Shown here: positions 48,198 through 57,690 of the stretch, piece after piece | How positions within the stretch are numbered: position 1 is the first letter of the stretch | Layout: each line of letters starts with the position of its first letter | DNA from: Patescibacteria group bacterium | GTDB taxonomy: Bacteria; Patescibacteriota; Minisyncoccia; Phycocordibacterales; Phycocordibacteraceae | Assembly: GCA_004322365.1 (NCBI GenBank) | Contig: SCTS01000002.1 | Location: 12,993 to 76,992, forward strand | Direction: 5' to 3' | DNA length: 64,000 nucleotides | The notes under the pieces: model-generated | The model's database searches: none | Seen by the model: only the letters and a program-made list of their open reading frames with translations | Told to the model about the DNA's origin: nothing | Made by a program: the position numbers and the translations under genes

Positions 48198-48268
48198 CTG
48201 CGGGACCTGGACTCGAACCAAGATAGCCTCCTCCAGAGGGAGGTGTCCTACCATTAGACGATCCCGCA
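48198..48268 (-). tRNA. tRNA-Gln (anticodon CUG)
   Basis: Cloverleaf folded by hand: acceptor UGCGGGA/UCCCGCA (U1-A72 and G73 are Gln-like), D-stem GUCU/GGAC, anticodon stem CCUCC/GGAGG with loop CUCUGGA, T-arm CUUGG-UUCGAGU-CCAGG; no encoded CCA. Confidence 0.7.
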
Positions 48269-48276
48269 ATTCTTAA

Positions 48277-48332
48277 CTAGCTTCTAGCTTTCAGCTTCTA
48301 GCTGTTAGCTGTTAGCTGTTAGCTTTTAGAGA
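48277..48332. repeat. Heptanucleotide tandem repeat (CTAGCTT/TTAGCTG units, about 8 copies)
   Basis: Read directly; TAG recurring every 7 nt between the tRNA-Gln 5' flank and the 3' end of the membrane-protein gene. Confidence 0.7.
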
Positions 48333-48354
48333 ATACTATGGAAACAAAGCAGAT

Positions 48355-48966
48355 TCAACGCAGAGCAGAGATGGGTTTTGGGATGTTTCGTCTTTTGAAA
48401 AGGCAGATACTTATAACAATAGTATTGAGGGTGGCGCTCATCGCAAGGTATACAACGGTGAGGAAATTATACTGAGCAAGGGCTACAAGTCCAATAAGCC
48501 CTGTTGCGGTGAAAAGAAGCCACGATGAAAGCGATTCACTCCACGGCTCTTCCAAGACCTTACGGATCGTTGGCACATATCCGAATGCATCAATCGCAGT
48601 AACCATGAGAATTGAAAGAAGTGGAGCATTGAGTTGCCACCATACAAGAATCGCAAAAAGAGCGAGTACAAGCAGTGCTACATCCCCCTTCGTAATATTT
48701 TTTGTTCCATATTTAAAAGAAAGAAGAAAAACCAAAAATGTAAGCACTGACCACAGAGCGAGTAACAAAACACCGTACCCGCCACCTCCATACCAACCTC
48801 CCACAGCGGCAGTGCCTGTCGTGATGGACCAAATAAGCCATGTGTATGGGTGGGGCGTGGTTTGCCTCCGAACCATACTTCGTATGTAAGGTATGTACGA
48901 AAGCGCACCAAGAACGAGCGAAAGAACAGTCGCCACAATTTTAAAATCGATTGGAAACGGAAACAT
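48355..48966 (-). CDS. Hypothetical membrane protein (6 TM)
   Basis: 203 aa, hydrophobic throughout, GGWYGGGGYG loop; no recognizable family motif. Confidence 0.35.
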   Translation of the reverse strand: MFPFPIDFKIVATVLSLVLGALSYIPYIRSMVRRQTTPHPYTWLIWSITTGTAAVGGWYGGGGYGVLLLALWSVLTFLVFLLSFKYGTKNITKGDVALLVLALFAILVWWQLNAPLLSILMVTAIDAFGYVPTIRKVLEEPWSESLSSWLLFTATGLIGLVALAQYNFLTVVYLAMSATLNTIVISICLFKRRNIPKPISALR

Positions 48967-49111
48967 ATCGTCAGTATACTCTCAGAAACAAAGCATTTTC
49001 TCCATGTATCACTGTAGCACTACAGTGATACATGGAGAAAGAAAGCGAAAATAAAACCTCGAGAACATCGAGGGATTCTACTTCAGACTACGGTGCGCGC
49101 TTCGTTCGCAC

Positions 49112-50164
49112 CTAGTCTTCAAAAACTTTCGCAAGAGAGTGCGGATTGTTTTCTTTGACTGATGCTCCCGAAACTACCATGAACTGAACTTTCTTTTCAA
49201 AGTCAGAAAGTTTTTTTGCACCAACATACCCCATAGAAACTCGAATACCTCCCACGAGCTTCGAAACAACATCCTCAAGCGTACCTGCGTATGGCACCAA
49301 TGCTGAAACACCTTCAGGAACAATGCCTTTTGAAGTACCGAGGTAACGGTCATTTGCTTTTCCTTTTTTCAGAACTGCCAAAGAGCCCATGCCACGATAC
49401 TCTTTGAATTTTTTTCCACCAACGGTAACCATTTTTCCTGGTGCGGCGTCAGTACCCGCAAGAGTGTTTCCAAGCATGACAGCAGAGGCGCCAGCACCCA
49501 GTGCTTTCGCAATGTCGCCCGACATACGAATACCTCCATCAGCAATAACAGGAACTCCGAATTTTTTTGCAACTGCAACCACCTCCATAATTGCTGAAAG
49601 TTGTGGCACACCGACGCCCGAAACAATGCGTGTAGTGCAAATGGAACCAGGACCAATACCAACTTTAATTCCATCTGCAAATTTAACGAGTTCGAGCGCA
49701 GCTTCTTTTGTTGCAATGTTTCCAACGAGAAGTGGTGTTTTGCCTATGGCTTTCTTTATTCTTCTTGCACCAGCAACAACATTCATGTTGTGACCATGTG
49801 CTGAGTCAACCGCAATCACATCAGCCCCTGCTTTTTTGAGAGCGATAGCTCGCTCCAAATCAAATGCACTACATGCAGCGCCAACACGCACACCTGCTTT
49901 CTTAACTTCCTTCACCATTTTTACTTCCTCTTCAAGTGTATTTGAGCGGTGAATAATTCCTAAGCCTCCAAGCTTACCCAGAGCAATCGCCATCTTCGTT
50001 TCCGTCACTTTGTCCATCGCAGCAGAAATGATTGGTATGGTAAGAAAAAAACCACGAGCAATCGCGGTCTCTACATTTGCTTCGCGCGGCTCAACAGAAC
50101 TTCGAGCAGGCCGAATCAAGACATCATCGAAAGTCAAAAACTTCCCTGTGTGTACTTTCCCCAT
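49112..50164 (-). CDS. IMP dehydrogenase / GMP reductase family protein lacking the CBS pair
   Basis: GIGPGSICTTR catalytic-Cys loop, TIM-barrel phosphate-binding motifs GGIR and MLG; 350 aa. Confidence 0.7.
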   Translation of the reverse strand: MGKVHTGKFLTFDDVLIRPARSSVEPREANVETAIARGFFLTIPIISAAMDKVTETKMAIALGKLGGLGIIHRSNTLEEEVKMVKEVKKAGVRVGAACSAFDLERAIALKKAGADVIAVDSAHGHNMNVVAGARRIKKAIGKTPLLVGNIATKEAALELVKFADGIKVGIGPGSICTTRIVSGVGVPQLSAIMEVVAVAKKFGVPVIADGGIRMSGDIAKALGAGASAVMLGNTLAGTDAAPGKMVTVGGKKFKEYRGMGSLAVLKKGKANDRYLGTSKGIVPEGVSALVPYAGTLEDVVSKLVGGIRVSMGYVGAKKLSDFEKKVQFMVVSGASVKENNPHSLAKVFED

Positions 50165-50231
50165 GCCTCAGGATACCATAATTGGTATAAGGTCGCCAAG
50201 TAGCGGGCTTTAGGTGGAAAACACACAAAAT

Positions 50232-50828
50232 ATGAGCGCTAAAACACCTAAAAATCTAGCCGTCTTTGTGTCAGGGACAGGTTCGAATTTTGAAGCCATG
50301 CTGAAAGAGCATATCCCCATCAAACTCGTAGTTGCTGATCGTCCATGCAAGGCAATCGACAGAGCGAAAGAAGTAGGAATCCCCACGGCACTCATAGAAC
50401 GTAAAAATTTTGGTACTAGCTTCGACCGAGGACTGTACACACAAAAAATTCTAGAAGTATTGCAAACCCATGGAATTGATTTGGTTGCCATGGCTGGCTT
50501 CATGACCATCCTTGGAGACTCTCTCTTCACTACATACGACGGATACATTCTTAATACACATCCATCTCTCCTTCCCCTATTTAAAGGTGATCATGCGGTG
50601 AAAGACGCTCTTGAGGCTAGGGCAAAAGAAACAGGATGCACGATCCACATTGCAACAGCAGATCTCGATGATGGCCCGATACTTGCACAAAGAAGTGTGC
50701 CAATACTTCCAAACGACAGCATAGAAACCCTTCATGAGAGAATCAAGATTGAAGAAAGGAAGCTCTATCCCGAGGTATTAAAAAACATACTAGTTGGTAA
50801 CCTTGTCCTTCCTCAGACAGTAGTTTAG
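50232..50828 (+). CDS. purN: Phosphoribosylglycinamide formyltransferase
   Basis: NLAVFVSGTGSNF and NTHPSLLP motifs; AGGTGG SD upstream. The track ORF begins at an in-frame GTG at 50214. Confidence 0.75.
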   Translation: MSAKTPKNLAVFVSGTGSNFEAMLKEHIPIKLVVADRPCKAIDRAKEVGIPTALIERKNFGTSFDRGLYTQKILEVLQTHGIDLVAMAGFMTILGDSLFTTYDGYILNTHPSLLPLFKGDHAVKDALEARAKETGCTIHIATADLDDGPILAQRSVPILPNDSIETLHERIKIEERKLYPEVLKNILVGNLVLPQTVV

Positions 50829-51014
50829 AATAGGCGCTGACCTACAATTGAATACGTATCAAGAGTGTGAGGAGGCATCTGGGCCTACGATTCACCAGCA
50901 ACTTGTCGAAAGATAAAGTGCTACCAGCCCTTCGGGGAAAGATATCTTACACAAAATCTTTCCTTAATAGGGAAAGATTTTTTATTTATTATTCACTCAT
51001 TAATCAACATCAAT

Positions 51015-52067
51015 ATGCTTCACTTACTTAAGACATACACAACCGAGAGCGTTACCGCAGGACATCCCGACAAAGTCTGCGATCAAATATCAGATGCAAT
51101 TTTAGATGCCTGCTTAACGCAAGATCCAACAAGTCGAGTAGCTGTCGAGTCTTTTGGCAGTCATGGATACATGATGCTCGGCGGTGAAGTGCGGACAAAT
51201 GCGACAGTTGATTATACAGGTATCGCCCGTAAGGTCTATACAGATATTGGCTACACAGAACCGTTAGATATTCTTGAACATATCGCCAAGCAATCTGGAG
51301 ATATTGCGATGGGTGTAGACACCGGTGGCGCAGGTGACCAAGGCATCATGTATGGCTACGCTACAAATGAAACAAAAGAAATGCTCCCATTAGGTGTCGT
51401 ACTTTCTCATGCACTTGCACGCCGACTAGAAGCGCTTCGTCGTGACGGAACACTTCCCTGGGCACGACCAGATGGAAAAACACAAGTCACCATTTCAAAT
51501 GGCAAAGTAATTACTGCACTCACTTCAACTCAGCACACAGCGGATGTTTCTCAAGAAGAAATTCGCGCAAAACTCACCGAGCATTTGTTCGGGTCAGTAT
51601 TGGGAGATCTATCGGGAATTGAAATACTAGTGAATCCAACAGGTCAATTTATTCAGGGAGGATTTGAAGCAGACGCAGGTCTCACTGGACGAAAGATAAT
51701 GGTAGACACCTACGGAGGTTTGATGCCACACGGGGGCGGAGCTTTCTCAGGAAAAGACGCTACAAAGGTTGATCGCTCCGCTGCGTACATGTGCCGATTT
51801 GCTGCAAAGAACCTCGTTGCAAATGGCTATGGCACAAAAGTATTAGTGTCAGTTGCCTACGCTATCGGTCGCGTGGAGCCAGTGATGGTTGAAGCATTTG
51901 ATGATTCTGGAAAAGACTTGAGCGAGATTGTGCAGAAAAACTTTGACTTCCGTCCACGGGCAATTATTGAGCGCCTAGGACTCACCCGCCCAATCTTTCA
52001 AGCAACAGCAGCATACGGACACTTCGGCGTTGAAGGTAGACCATGGGAAAATATTGAGAAAATCTAA
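51015..52067 (+). CDS. metK: S-adenosylmethionine synthetase
   Basis: ESVTAGHPDKVCDQISDAILDA and GGGAFSGKDATKVDRSAAY signatures. Confidence 0.9.
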   Translation: MLHLLKTYTTESVTAGHPDKVCDQISDAILDACLTQDPTSRVAVESFGSHGYMMLGGEVRTNATVDYTGIARKVYTDIGYTEPLDILEHIAKQSGDIAMGVDTGGAGDQGIMYGYATNETKEMLPLGVVLSHALARRLEALRRDGTLPWARPDGKTQVTISNGKVITALTSTQHTADVSQEEIRAKLTEHLFGSVLGDLSGIEILVNPTGQFIQGGFEADAGLTGRKIMVDTYGGLMPHGGGAFSGKDATKVDRSAAYMCRFAAKNLVANGYGTKVLVSVAYAIGRVEPVMVEAFDDSGKDLSEIVQKNFDFRPRAIIERLGLTRPIFQATAAYGHFGVEGRPWENIEKI

Positions 52068-52086
52068 AACGATTTCTTTTTAGAAA

Positions 52087-52114
52087 CAAAAAATCCCGCA
52101 TGCGGGATTTTTTG
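52087..52114. terminator. Bidirectional Rho-independent terminator (AAAAAATCCCGCA|TGCGGGATTTTTTG)
   Basis: Perfect palindromic GC-rich stem flanked by A-run and T-run between convergent metK and the pilin gene. Confidence 0.75.
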
Positions 52115-52122
52115 TTAATGCG

Positions 52123-52587
52123 TTATGGCTTCACATCAAACATTGGATCAGCTCCTGAAAAATCACTGGAAGATCCTGTACATCTTGATCCTGGAGTGGC
52201 GTCACTATCACTACCTAATACCTGATTGGTACTGTCCTCTAGCGTAGCTCCAAGATGGTAGCTCGAACATCCAGCGCCAACACCGAGTGCTGCGTACCTA
52301 TAAGAAATAGGAGAAGAGGCGGTGCCGGAAGGATCTGTAGGAAGAACGGCAATATAGGTTGGCACGAGACCGTTCAGTGTTGTTGGATACGATGATGAGT
52401 TGGCGTTTGCGTACGCCCCGAGGGCAATCTGCAACTGCCTGATGTCTGAAGTGCGACGCGAATCACGAGACTTTATTCGCACAACATTGAGTGACGCTAA
52501 AACCACCGACGCAAGAATACCGAAAATTGCAATGACAATAAGGAGCTCAATGAGAGTGAACCCTTTGTGTGATTTAAATAACGCCAT
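52123..52587 (-). CDS. Type IV pilin / pseudopilin (prepilin-type N-terminal methylation domain)
   Basis: KGFTLIELLIVIAIFGILASV class III signal peptide; 154 aa. Confidence 0.7.
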   Translation of the reverse strand: MALFKSHKGFTLIELLIVIAIFGILASVVLASLNVVRIKSRDSRRTSDIRQLQIALGAYANANSSSYPTTLNGLVPTYIAVLPTDPSGTASSPISYRYAALGVGAGCSSYHLGATLEDSTNQVLGSDSDATPGSRCTGSSSDFSGADPMFDVKP

Positions 52588-52631
52588 ACCCTTTTAGAGT
52601 AACAGACTTCTTGAGTTAAAAACCAGTAAGG

Positions 52632-52868
52632 TTAGGAAAATTTAAAACGTCGATCCTTACCAGAACCCTCACAGGAAGGACATGAACCTGGACGAAAATC
52701 GCCCCCTCCCGAGCTTGATGAACACTCCCAACACACTTCAACGGAGTCTCTCCGTTGACCATAATTACAGCCTGCAGAACAGTTACCACTACCCTTACAC
52801 AATCCACACATCCTTTCAGCTAAAGAGGTCAGTACTGCGTAAGGTTTTATCTCGAGACTCCCATCCAT
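52632..52868 (-). CDS. Small Cys-rich protein with DnaJ-type zinc-finger repeats (CxxCxGxG)
   Basis: CGLCKGSG, CSAGC, CWEC, CPSCEGSG in 78 aa; 7 nt downstream of the pyrG stop. Confidence 0.35.
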   Translation of the reverse strand: MDGSLEIKPYAVLTSLAERMCGLCKGSGNCSAGCNYGQRRDSVEVCWECSSSSGGGDFRPGSCPSCEGSGKDRRFKFS

Positions 52869-52875
52869 CTCGGCA

Positions 52876-54570
52876 TTAAATCACAGCGTCATTCCGCACG
52901 CACGCCTTCAAAAAAGCAGTGAAAAGCGGGTGTGGTGCCAATGGTCGCGCCTGTAATTCAGGGTGAAACTGGGTACCCACCATGAATGGATGCACTTCTC
53001 GAGGTAACTCTGCAATTTCCATCAAAATACCTGAGGGTGATACGCCTGAAAAAACCACACCTCCCTCTTCAAACTGCGAAATATACTCTGGATTCACTTC
53101 ATAGCGATGACGATGACGCTCTTCAACGCTCTCTGCCGAATATGCATCTCCAGCAATAGTTCCCTTCTTCAAGAGAGCAGGATACACACCAAGTCGCATC
53201 GTGGCACCATATTTTTCACTTGCAAGAATTGCTTTTTGTTCTGGAAGAATGTCAATGACTGGGTGTGTTGGATTTGAGTCAATTTCTGTCGTGTGAGAGC
53301 CTGGCAACTTTAGAACATTCCGTGCGTATTCTATGAGCATTAACTGCATGCCGTAACAAAGGCCGAAGTAAGGAATTTTCTTTTCACGCGCGTATTGTAT
53401 TGCCAAAATCTTTCCCTCAATTCCAGTCTCCCCAAACCCTCCTGGCACAATAATCCCGTGGTATTTCTTCAATGCTGAAACAGACTTCGGATTTTTCTGG
53501 AAATCTTTTGCGTTGACCCATGTAATCTCTACGCGTGCACCCACAGCAGCGGCAGAGAATTTTATTGCTTCTATAACAGAAAGATATGCATCTGAAAGCA
53601 CGAAGTCACCTGTATCAAAATATTTACCGACAATTGCTATTTTTATCTCTTTCTTTGCGTTTTTTATCTTTGCAACAAAATTTTGCCAATCAGCTAAACC
53701 TGTTGCTGGTTTCTTAGGAAGTCGTAGTGCTTTTAAAAGCATTTCCCCTATTTTCTCCCGTTCAAAATTTAATGGCACATCATAAATAGACTCGACATCG
53801 GGTGCTGAAATAATATGGTCAGCTGAGACATTTGAACTAATGGCAATTTTTTCTTTACGCCGCTGGTCTAACTTCTGCGAAGAACGCGCAATAATAATAT
53901 TTGCCTGCACCCCATAAGAATTTAATTGCTGAACGGCATTTTGCGTTGGACGAGTTTTCATTTCACCCAAGGCTCCTGGAACCGGTAAGTACGAAACAAG
54001 AATAAACAAAACATCATCAGGGTGTTCAAGTTTCAACACACGAGCGGCTTCTATGAAAAGAGCATTTTGAAAATCGCCCACCGTACCACCTATTTCAATG
54101 ACTGAAATATCAGACCCGTTCTGTTCACTGGCAAGACGAATACGACGAATAATTTCATCTCGCACATGTGGAATCGCCTCTACACATTTACCTTTGTATC
54201 CAAGATTTCGCTCTTTCTCCAAAACACTCTGGTACACCATACCGCTTGTCATGTAGTCCTCTTGATTCAAAGATACATTTAAGAATCTTTCGTAGTTGCC
54301 CATATCCTGATCCGTTTCAAGACCAGAGCGAAGCACGAACACTTCACCGTGTTCAGTTGGATTCATTGTCCCAGCATCAATATTCAAATAGGGGTCAACC
54401 TTTACAGCATTCACCTTGTATCCTTTGCTTTGCAAAATGAGTGCAACCGAAGATGTTGCAATACCTTTACCTACACCACTCATCACACCTCCAATGACGA
54501 AAATGTATTTGTGACGCTTCTTTGAGGGGGCACGACCCGATCTTTTTTTAGTTGATCGAGCGTCTTCCAT
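52876..54570 (-). CDS. pyrG: CTP synthase
   Basis: KYIFVIGGVMSGVGKGI N-terminus and GLCYGMQ glutaminase Cys motif; about 20-aa basic N-terminal extension. Confidence 0.9.
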   Translation of the reverse strand: MEDARSTKKRSGRAPSKKRHKYIFVIGGVMSGVGKGIATSSVALILQSKGYKVNAVKVDPYLNIDAGTMNPTEHGEVFVLRSGLETDQDMGNYERFLNVSLNQEDYMTSGMVYQSVLEKERNLGYKGKCVEAIPHVRDEIIRRIRLASEQNGSDISVIEIGGTVGDFQNALFIEAARVLKLEHPDDVLFILVSYLPVPGALGEMKTRPTQNAVQQLNSYGVQANIIIARSSQKLDQRRKEKIAISSNVSADHIISAPDVESIYDVPLNFEREKIGEMLLKALRLPKKPATGLADWQNFVAKIKNAKKEIKIAIVGKYFDTGDFVLSDAYLSVIEAIKFSAAAVGARVEITWVNAKDFQKNPKSVSALKKYHGIIVPGGFGETGIEGKILAIQYAREKKIPYFGLCYGMQLMLIEYARNVLKLPGSHTTEIDSNPTHPVIDILPEQKAILASEKYGATMRLGVYPALLKKGTIAGDAYSAESVEERHRHRYEVNPEYISQFEEGGVVFSGVSPSGILMEIAELPREVHPFMVGTQFHPELQARPLAPHPLFTAFLKACVRNDAVI

Positions 54571-54590
54571 ATCGGACTAGAATAACACAG

Positions 54591-54680
54591 CGAGGTGCTA
54601 GGTGCTAGGGACTAGGTTCAAGGTGTTAGGTTTAATTTCAGAAAAGCTAGAACCTAGAAGCTAACACCTATAACCTTTCT
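54591..54680. repeat. Heptamer-periodic repeat region (AGGTGCT AGGTGCT AGGGACT AGGTTCA AGGTGTT ... CTAGAAC CTAGAAG CTAACAC CTATAAC) with internal inverted sub-motifs
   Basis: Read directly, between the ftsX stop and the pyrG start. Confidence 0.65.
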
Positions 54681-54682
54681 CT

Positions 54683-55603
54683 TTAGACCGAAAGGTACTT
54701 CCTCACCGCAAGGAAAGCAGATAGGGCACCAAGAAACGCACCTGCTGATATAAGAACAATGAAGAATATCGGGAAAGCGCCTAGATAGTGCGAGAAGATA
54801 TCTGCACCAAACATTTTTTGAGCTGGAGCCTTTAAGAACCATGCGAGTGGGAAAAATGTAATTAACGCAATAAGACCTGAAACAACACCGTACAAGGTGC
54901 CCTCCACTACAAATGGACCTCTAATATACATATTTGACGCCCCCACAAGGCGCATCACTGATATTTCCTCGCGAGCAGTATAAATAGCCAACCTAATTGT
55001 ATTGAATGTAATCAATATTGAAGCTAACGAAAAGATAAAAATCATAAACCAACCAAACTGTTGAACATAGGTGGTTAGATTCCCCAACTGCGTAATGACC
55101 GCCTTATTTTGCGCATAGTTCACAGAGCTAATAAAAGGTTTGCCGTTGGAATCATTCAAGTGATCATTAAGAAACAACGCAATGGCTTCATACTGTGATG
55201 GCTGTTTTGCCTTAATAGCAAGCGCCGCACCAAACGGATTGGAGTTCAATTCATCAAGAGCTTGTAGAGTTAGTTGATCATCCTCGTGACGAAGACGGAA
55301 CTCTGCTATTGCATCATCTCTTGAGGTGTATGTAACATAGGCAACCTCAGGAATGTTTTGAAGTACTGTTTTAAAATCAAAAATTGATTGCTCAGAAGCT
55401 GAAGTAACAAAATATACATTTACATCAACCTTATCTTTCACATAGGTGACAAATTCACCCACAAGTGTATTCAAAAACATCAACGAACCGATGATGATTA
55501 AGGTCATGGTCATCACAAAGATAGATGCAAGCGAAACAAAACTATTTCGCATCACATTCACTGATCCTGCACGCAATACTCTTCTGATATTAGTCCACAA
55601 CAT
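54683..55603 (-). CDS. ftsX: Cell division permease FtsX
   Basis: 4-TM ABC permease-like topology with large periplasmic loop, adjacent to ftsE. Confidence 0.7.
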   Translation of the reverse strand: MLWTNIRRVLRAGSVNVMRNSFVSLASIFVMTMTLIIIGSLMFLNTLVGEFVTYVKDKVDVNVYFVTSASEQSIFDFKTVLQNIPEVAYVTYTSRDDAIAEFRLRHEDDQLTLQALDELNSNPFGAALAIKAKQPSQYEAIALFLNDHLNDSNGKPFISSVNYAQNKAVITQLGNLTTYVQQFGWFMIFIFSLASILITFNTIRLAIYTAREEISVMRLVGASNMYIRGPFVVEGTLYGVVSGLIALITFFPLAWFLKAPAQKMFGADIFSHYLGAFPIFFIVLISAGAFLGALSAFLAVRKYLSV

Positions 55604-55625
55604 ACATTAGGTTATAGGTTTTAGC

Positions 55626-56306
55626 TTACAACACATACCTTCCTTCTTTATCATCCCTCACTACATGCCCATTATCCATCGTGATAACCCTCTTCCCAAG
55701 TGAATCAACAACACCTTTATTATGACTCGTCAGAATGACAGTCGTACCAAGTTCATTAATACGCTTAAGAATTTCAACCACCTGATAGGTGTTAATAGGA
55801 TCCAAGTTACCTGTTGGCTCATCCGCAAGAAGCACCTCTGGCTGATTAACAATCGCGCGCCCAATAGCAACCCGTTGGCGCTCACCTCCGGAAAGCTCAC
55901 GGGGGAAATTCCATGCTTTATCAGCAAGATCTACAAGCTCTAATACATGAGGGACATCTGCGGCAATCTCATCATCACTCCTCCCTGAGGCCTCCATTGC
56001 AAATGCCACATTTTCATACGCGGTTTTATTTGGAATCAATCGATAATCCTGAAAAACGGTTCCTATTTTTCTTCGAAGCGTATGGAGCTTATTTTTTGGT
56101 ATTTTATGAACATCAGTGGATTCAAAAAAGACCACTCCTGAAGAAGGTGTCTCTTCTGCCAATATCATTTTAAGCAGGGTTGTCTTTCCAGCACCGGCGT
56201 GTCCCACGATAGACGCAAATTCCTTAGGTCCAAACGACAGCGTCACATCTTCAAGTGCGACAGACTTGTCTTGGTATATTTTTGTAACTTTGTCGAAATA
56301 AATCAT
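55626..56306 (-). CDS. ftsE: Cell division ABC transporter ATP-binding protein FtsE
   Basis: Walker A GHAGAGKTT, ABC signature LSGGERQRV, Walker B LLADEPTGNLD; 226 aa. Confidence 0.85.
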   Translation of the reverse strand: MIYFDKVTKIYQDKSVALEDVTLSFGPKEFASIVGHAGAGKTTLLKMILAEETPSSGVVFFESTDVHKIPKNKLHTLRRKIGTVFQDYRLIPNKTAYENVAFAMEASGRSDDEIAADVPHVLELVDLADKAWNFPRELSGGERQRVAIGRAIVNQPEVLLADEPTGNLDPINTYQVVEILKRINELGTTVILTSHNKGVVDSLGKRVITMDNGHVVRDDKEGRYVL

Positions 56307-56404
56307 TCTAGCGAGGGGTTAAGCGATGCTTCGTCGGATCCGTAGGGATCATTTAGTATCTCTGAAAGATGGCAACAGGAAAAGCCACCCTTAAGTACAT
56401 ACTA

Positions 56405-57316
56405 CTACAAGTCTTCGCTTGAAATATCAGACTCTGCAACTTTTCCAGATTGCATTGCTTGTATAAATGTATCTAATTCACCCGACAGCACTGCATCAGT
56501 GTCATGCATTTCAACGCCAGTGCGATGATCCTTCACTAATTTATATGGATGGAGTACATATGAGCGAATCTGACTCCCCCATTCATTTTTCACCGTACCG
56601 GCAATTGAAAGTCCTTTTAACTCACGGGCGCGCTTTTCTTCTTCAAGAATAAATAATTTTGCACGCAACAAAGTAAGCGCACGGTCGCGATTTGCAGCTT
56701 GAGAGCGTTCTGTAGAAGCACGCACCGCCATACCCGTTGGCTTATGCACAATGCGCACTGCTGTTTCTCTCTTGTTAACATTTTGCCCTCCCGCGCCACC
56801 CGAGCGAGAAAATTGTACTTCTATCTCATCATCTTTTATTTCCAACCCCTCCCCTGGTGCAAACTTTGGCACCACTTCCACGAGCGCAAACGATGTTTGT
56901 CGTTTTGCGTTCGCATTGAATGGCGATATACGCACCAATCGATGCACGCCTGCTTCATGTTTCAAATGACCATAAGCACCAGTACCTGCCACCTCAAATG
57001 TGACACTTCGAAAACCGCCGTGGTCATTTTCATTGTCGTCAAGAAATGTTACCGACCACCCTTTCTTTGAAGCATGTCCTTGGTACATACGAAAAAGAAT
57101 ACCTGCAAAGTCCTCGGCATCATCTCCACCAGCTCCTGCAAGAATAGACAATATTGCGGAGCCTTTGTCGTAACGGGTGGGGCCCGCAACAACGGCTTCC
57201 AAATCTTTCATCTCGCGAATCATCTTCTGCGCTTTATCAACATCACTCCAAAAATCAGCGCCTGCCATCGCTGTTTCAATTTCTGTAATACGAGCTTTTG
57301 CTTGTTCGGGAGACAT
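56405..57316 (-). CDS. prfB: Peptide chain release factor 2 (short N-terminus, no programmed frameshift detected)
   Basis: SPF tripeptide ([15 protein letters not shown]) and GGQ ([11 protein letters not shown]); 303 aa. In-frame TAA lies 6 codons upstream of the ATG. Confidence 0.75.
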   Translation of the reverse strand: MSPEQAKARITEIETAMAGADFWSDVDKAQKMIREMKDLEAVVAGPTRYDKGSAILSILAGAGGDDAEDFAGILFRMYQGHASKKGWSVTFLDDNENDHGGFRSVTFEVAGTGAYGHLKHEAGVHRLVRISPFNANAKRQTSFALVEVVPKFAPGEGLEIKDDEIEVQFSRSGGAGGQNVNKRETAVRIVHKPTGMAVRASTERSQAANRDRALTLLRAKLFILEEEKRARELKGLSIAGTVKNEWGSQIRSYVLHPYKLVKDHRTGVEMHDTDAVLSGELDTFIQAMQSGKVAESDISSEDL

Positions 57317-57330
57317 GAGAATAGAGTACA

Positions 57331-57358
57331 GCGTTTAGCGTTTAGGGGCTAGGTCTCC
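57331..57358. repeat. Heptamer tandem repeat GCGTTTA GCGTTTA GGGGCTA GGTCTCC
   Basis: Read directly in the 51-nt spacer between the DUF1653 gene and prfB. Confidence 0.55.
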
Positions 57359-57367
57359 GGTTCCCGA

Positions 57368-57589
57368 TTAGGCTTCACGGAGGAATTCAAAACGAGGTAT
57401 TTTTTTCCCTTCAACCACAACCACCTCAGTGAACATTGGCACAGGTCTGATCCATAATCGAGACAAAGTATTTTCATACAATGCCTCGTAGACGACCACA
57501 TCTTCTAAAGTTTCACTATGTTTAGCAATACCAATTACTCTATACTCCTTACCTTTGTAATGACGGTAGATACCGAGTTTAAGAATCAT
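57368..57589 (-). CDS. DUF1653-domain protein
   Basis: GIYRHYKGKEYRVIGIAKHSETLEDVVVYEALY matches the DUF1653 core. Start set at MILKLG because the upstream part of the track ORF is tRNA-Thr sequence. Confidence 0.5.
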   Translation of the reverse strand: MILKLGIYRHYKGKEYRVIGIAKHSETLEDVVVYEALYENTLSRLWIRPVPMFTEVVVVEGKKIPRFEFLREA

Positions 57590-57591
57590 TT

Positions 57592-57667
57592 TGGAGCCAG
57601 AGGGCGGAATCGGACCGCCGACCTTCTCGTTACGAGTGAGATGCTCTACCAACTGAGCTACTCTGGC
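57592..57667 (-). tRNA. tRNA-Thr (anticodon CGU), CCA encoded
   Basis: Hand-folded: acceptor GCCAGAG/CUCUGGC, D-arm GCUC-AGUUGGUA-GAGC, anticodon loop CUCGUAA, T-arm GGCGG-UCCGAUU-CCGCC, 3' UCCA. Confidence 0.8.
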
Positions 57668-57690
57668 GAATGAGAAGGATAATAGCACAA

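Noticed and set aside
48277-48332. Possible CRISPR array
   Set aside because: Units are only 7 nt, contiguous with no spacers, and no cas genes are present in the window.
57317-57367. Search for the programmed +1 frameshift site of prfB
   Set aside because: No CTT-TGA-C-like site or upstream in-frame RF2 N-terminal segment was found; an in-frame TAA lies 6 codons upstream. RF2 is therefore called as a short, unshifted gene.
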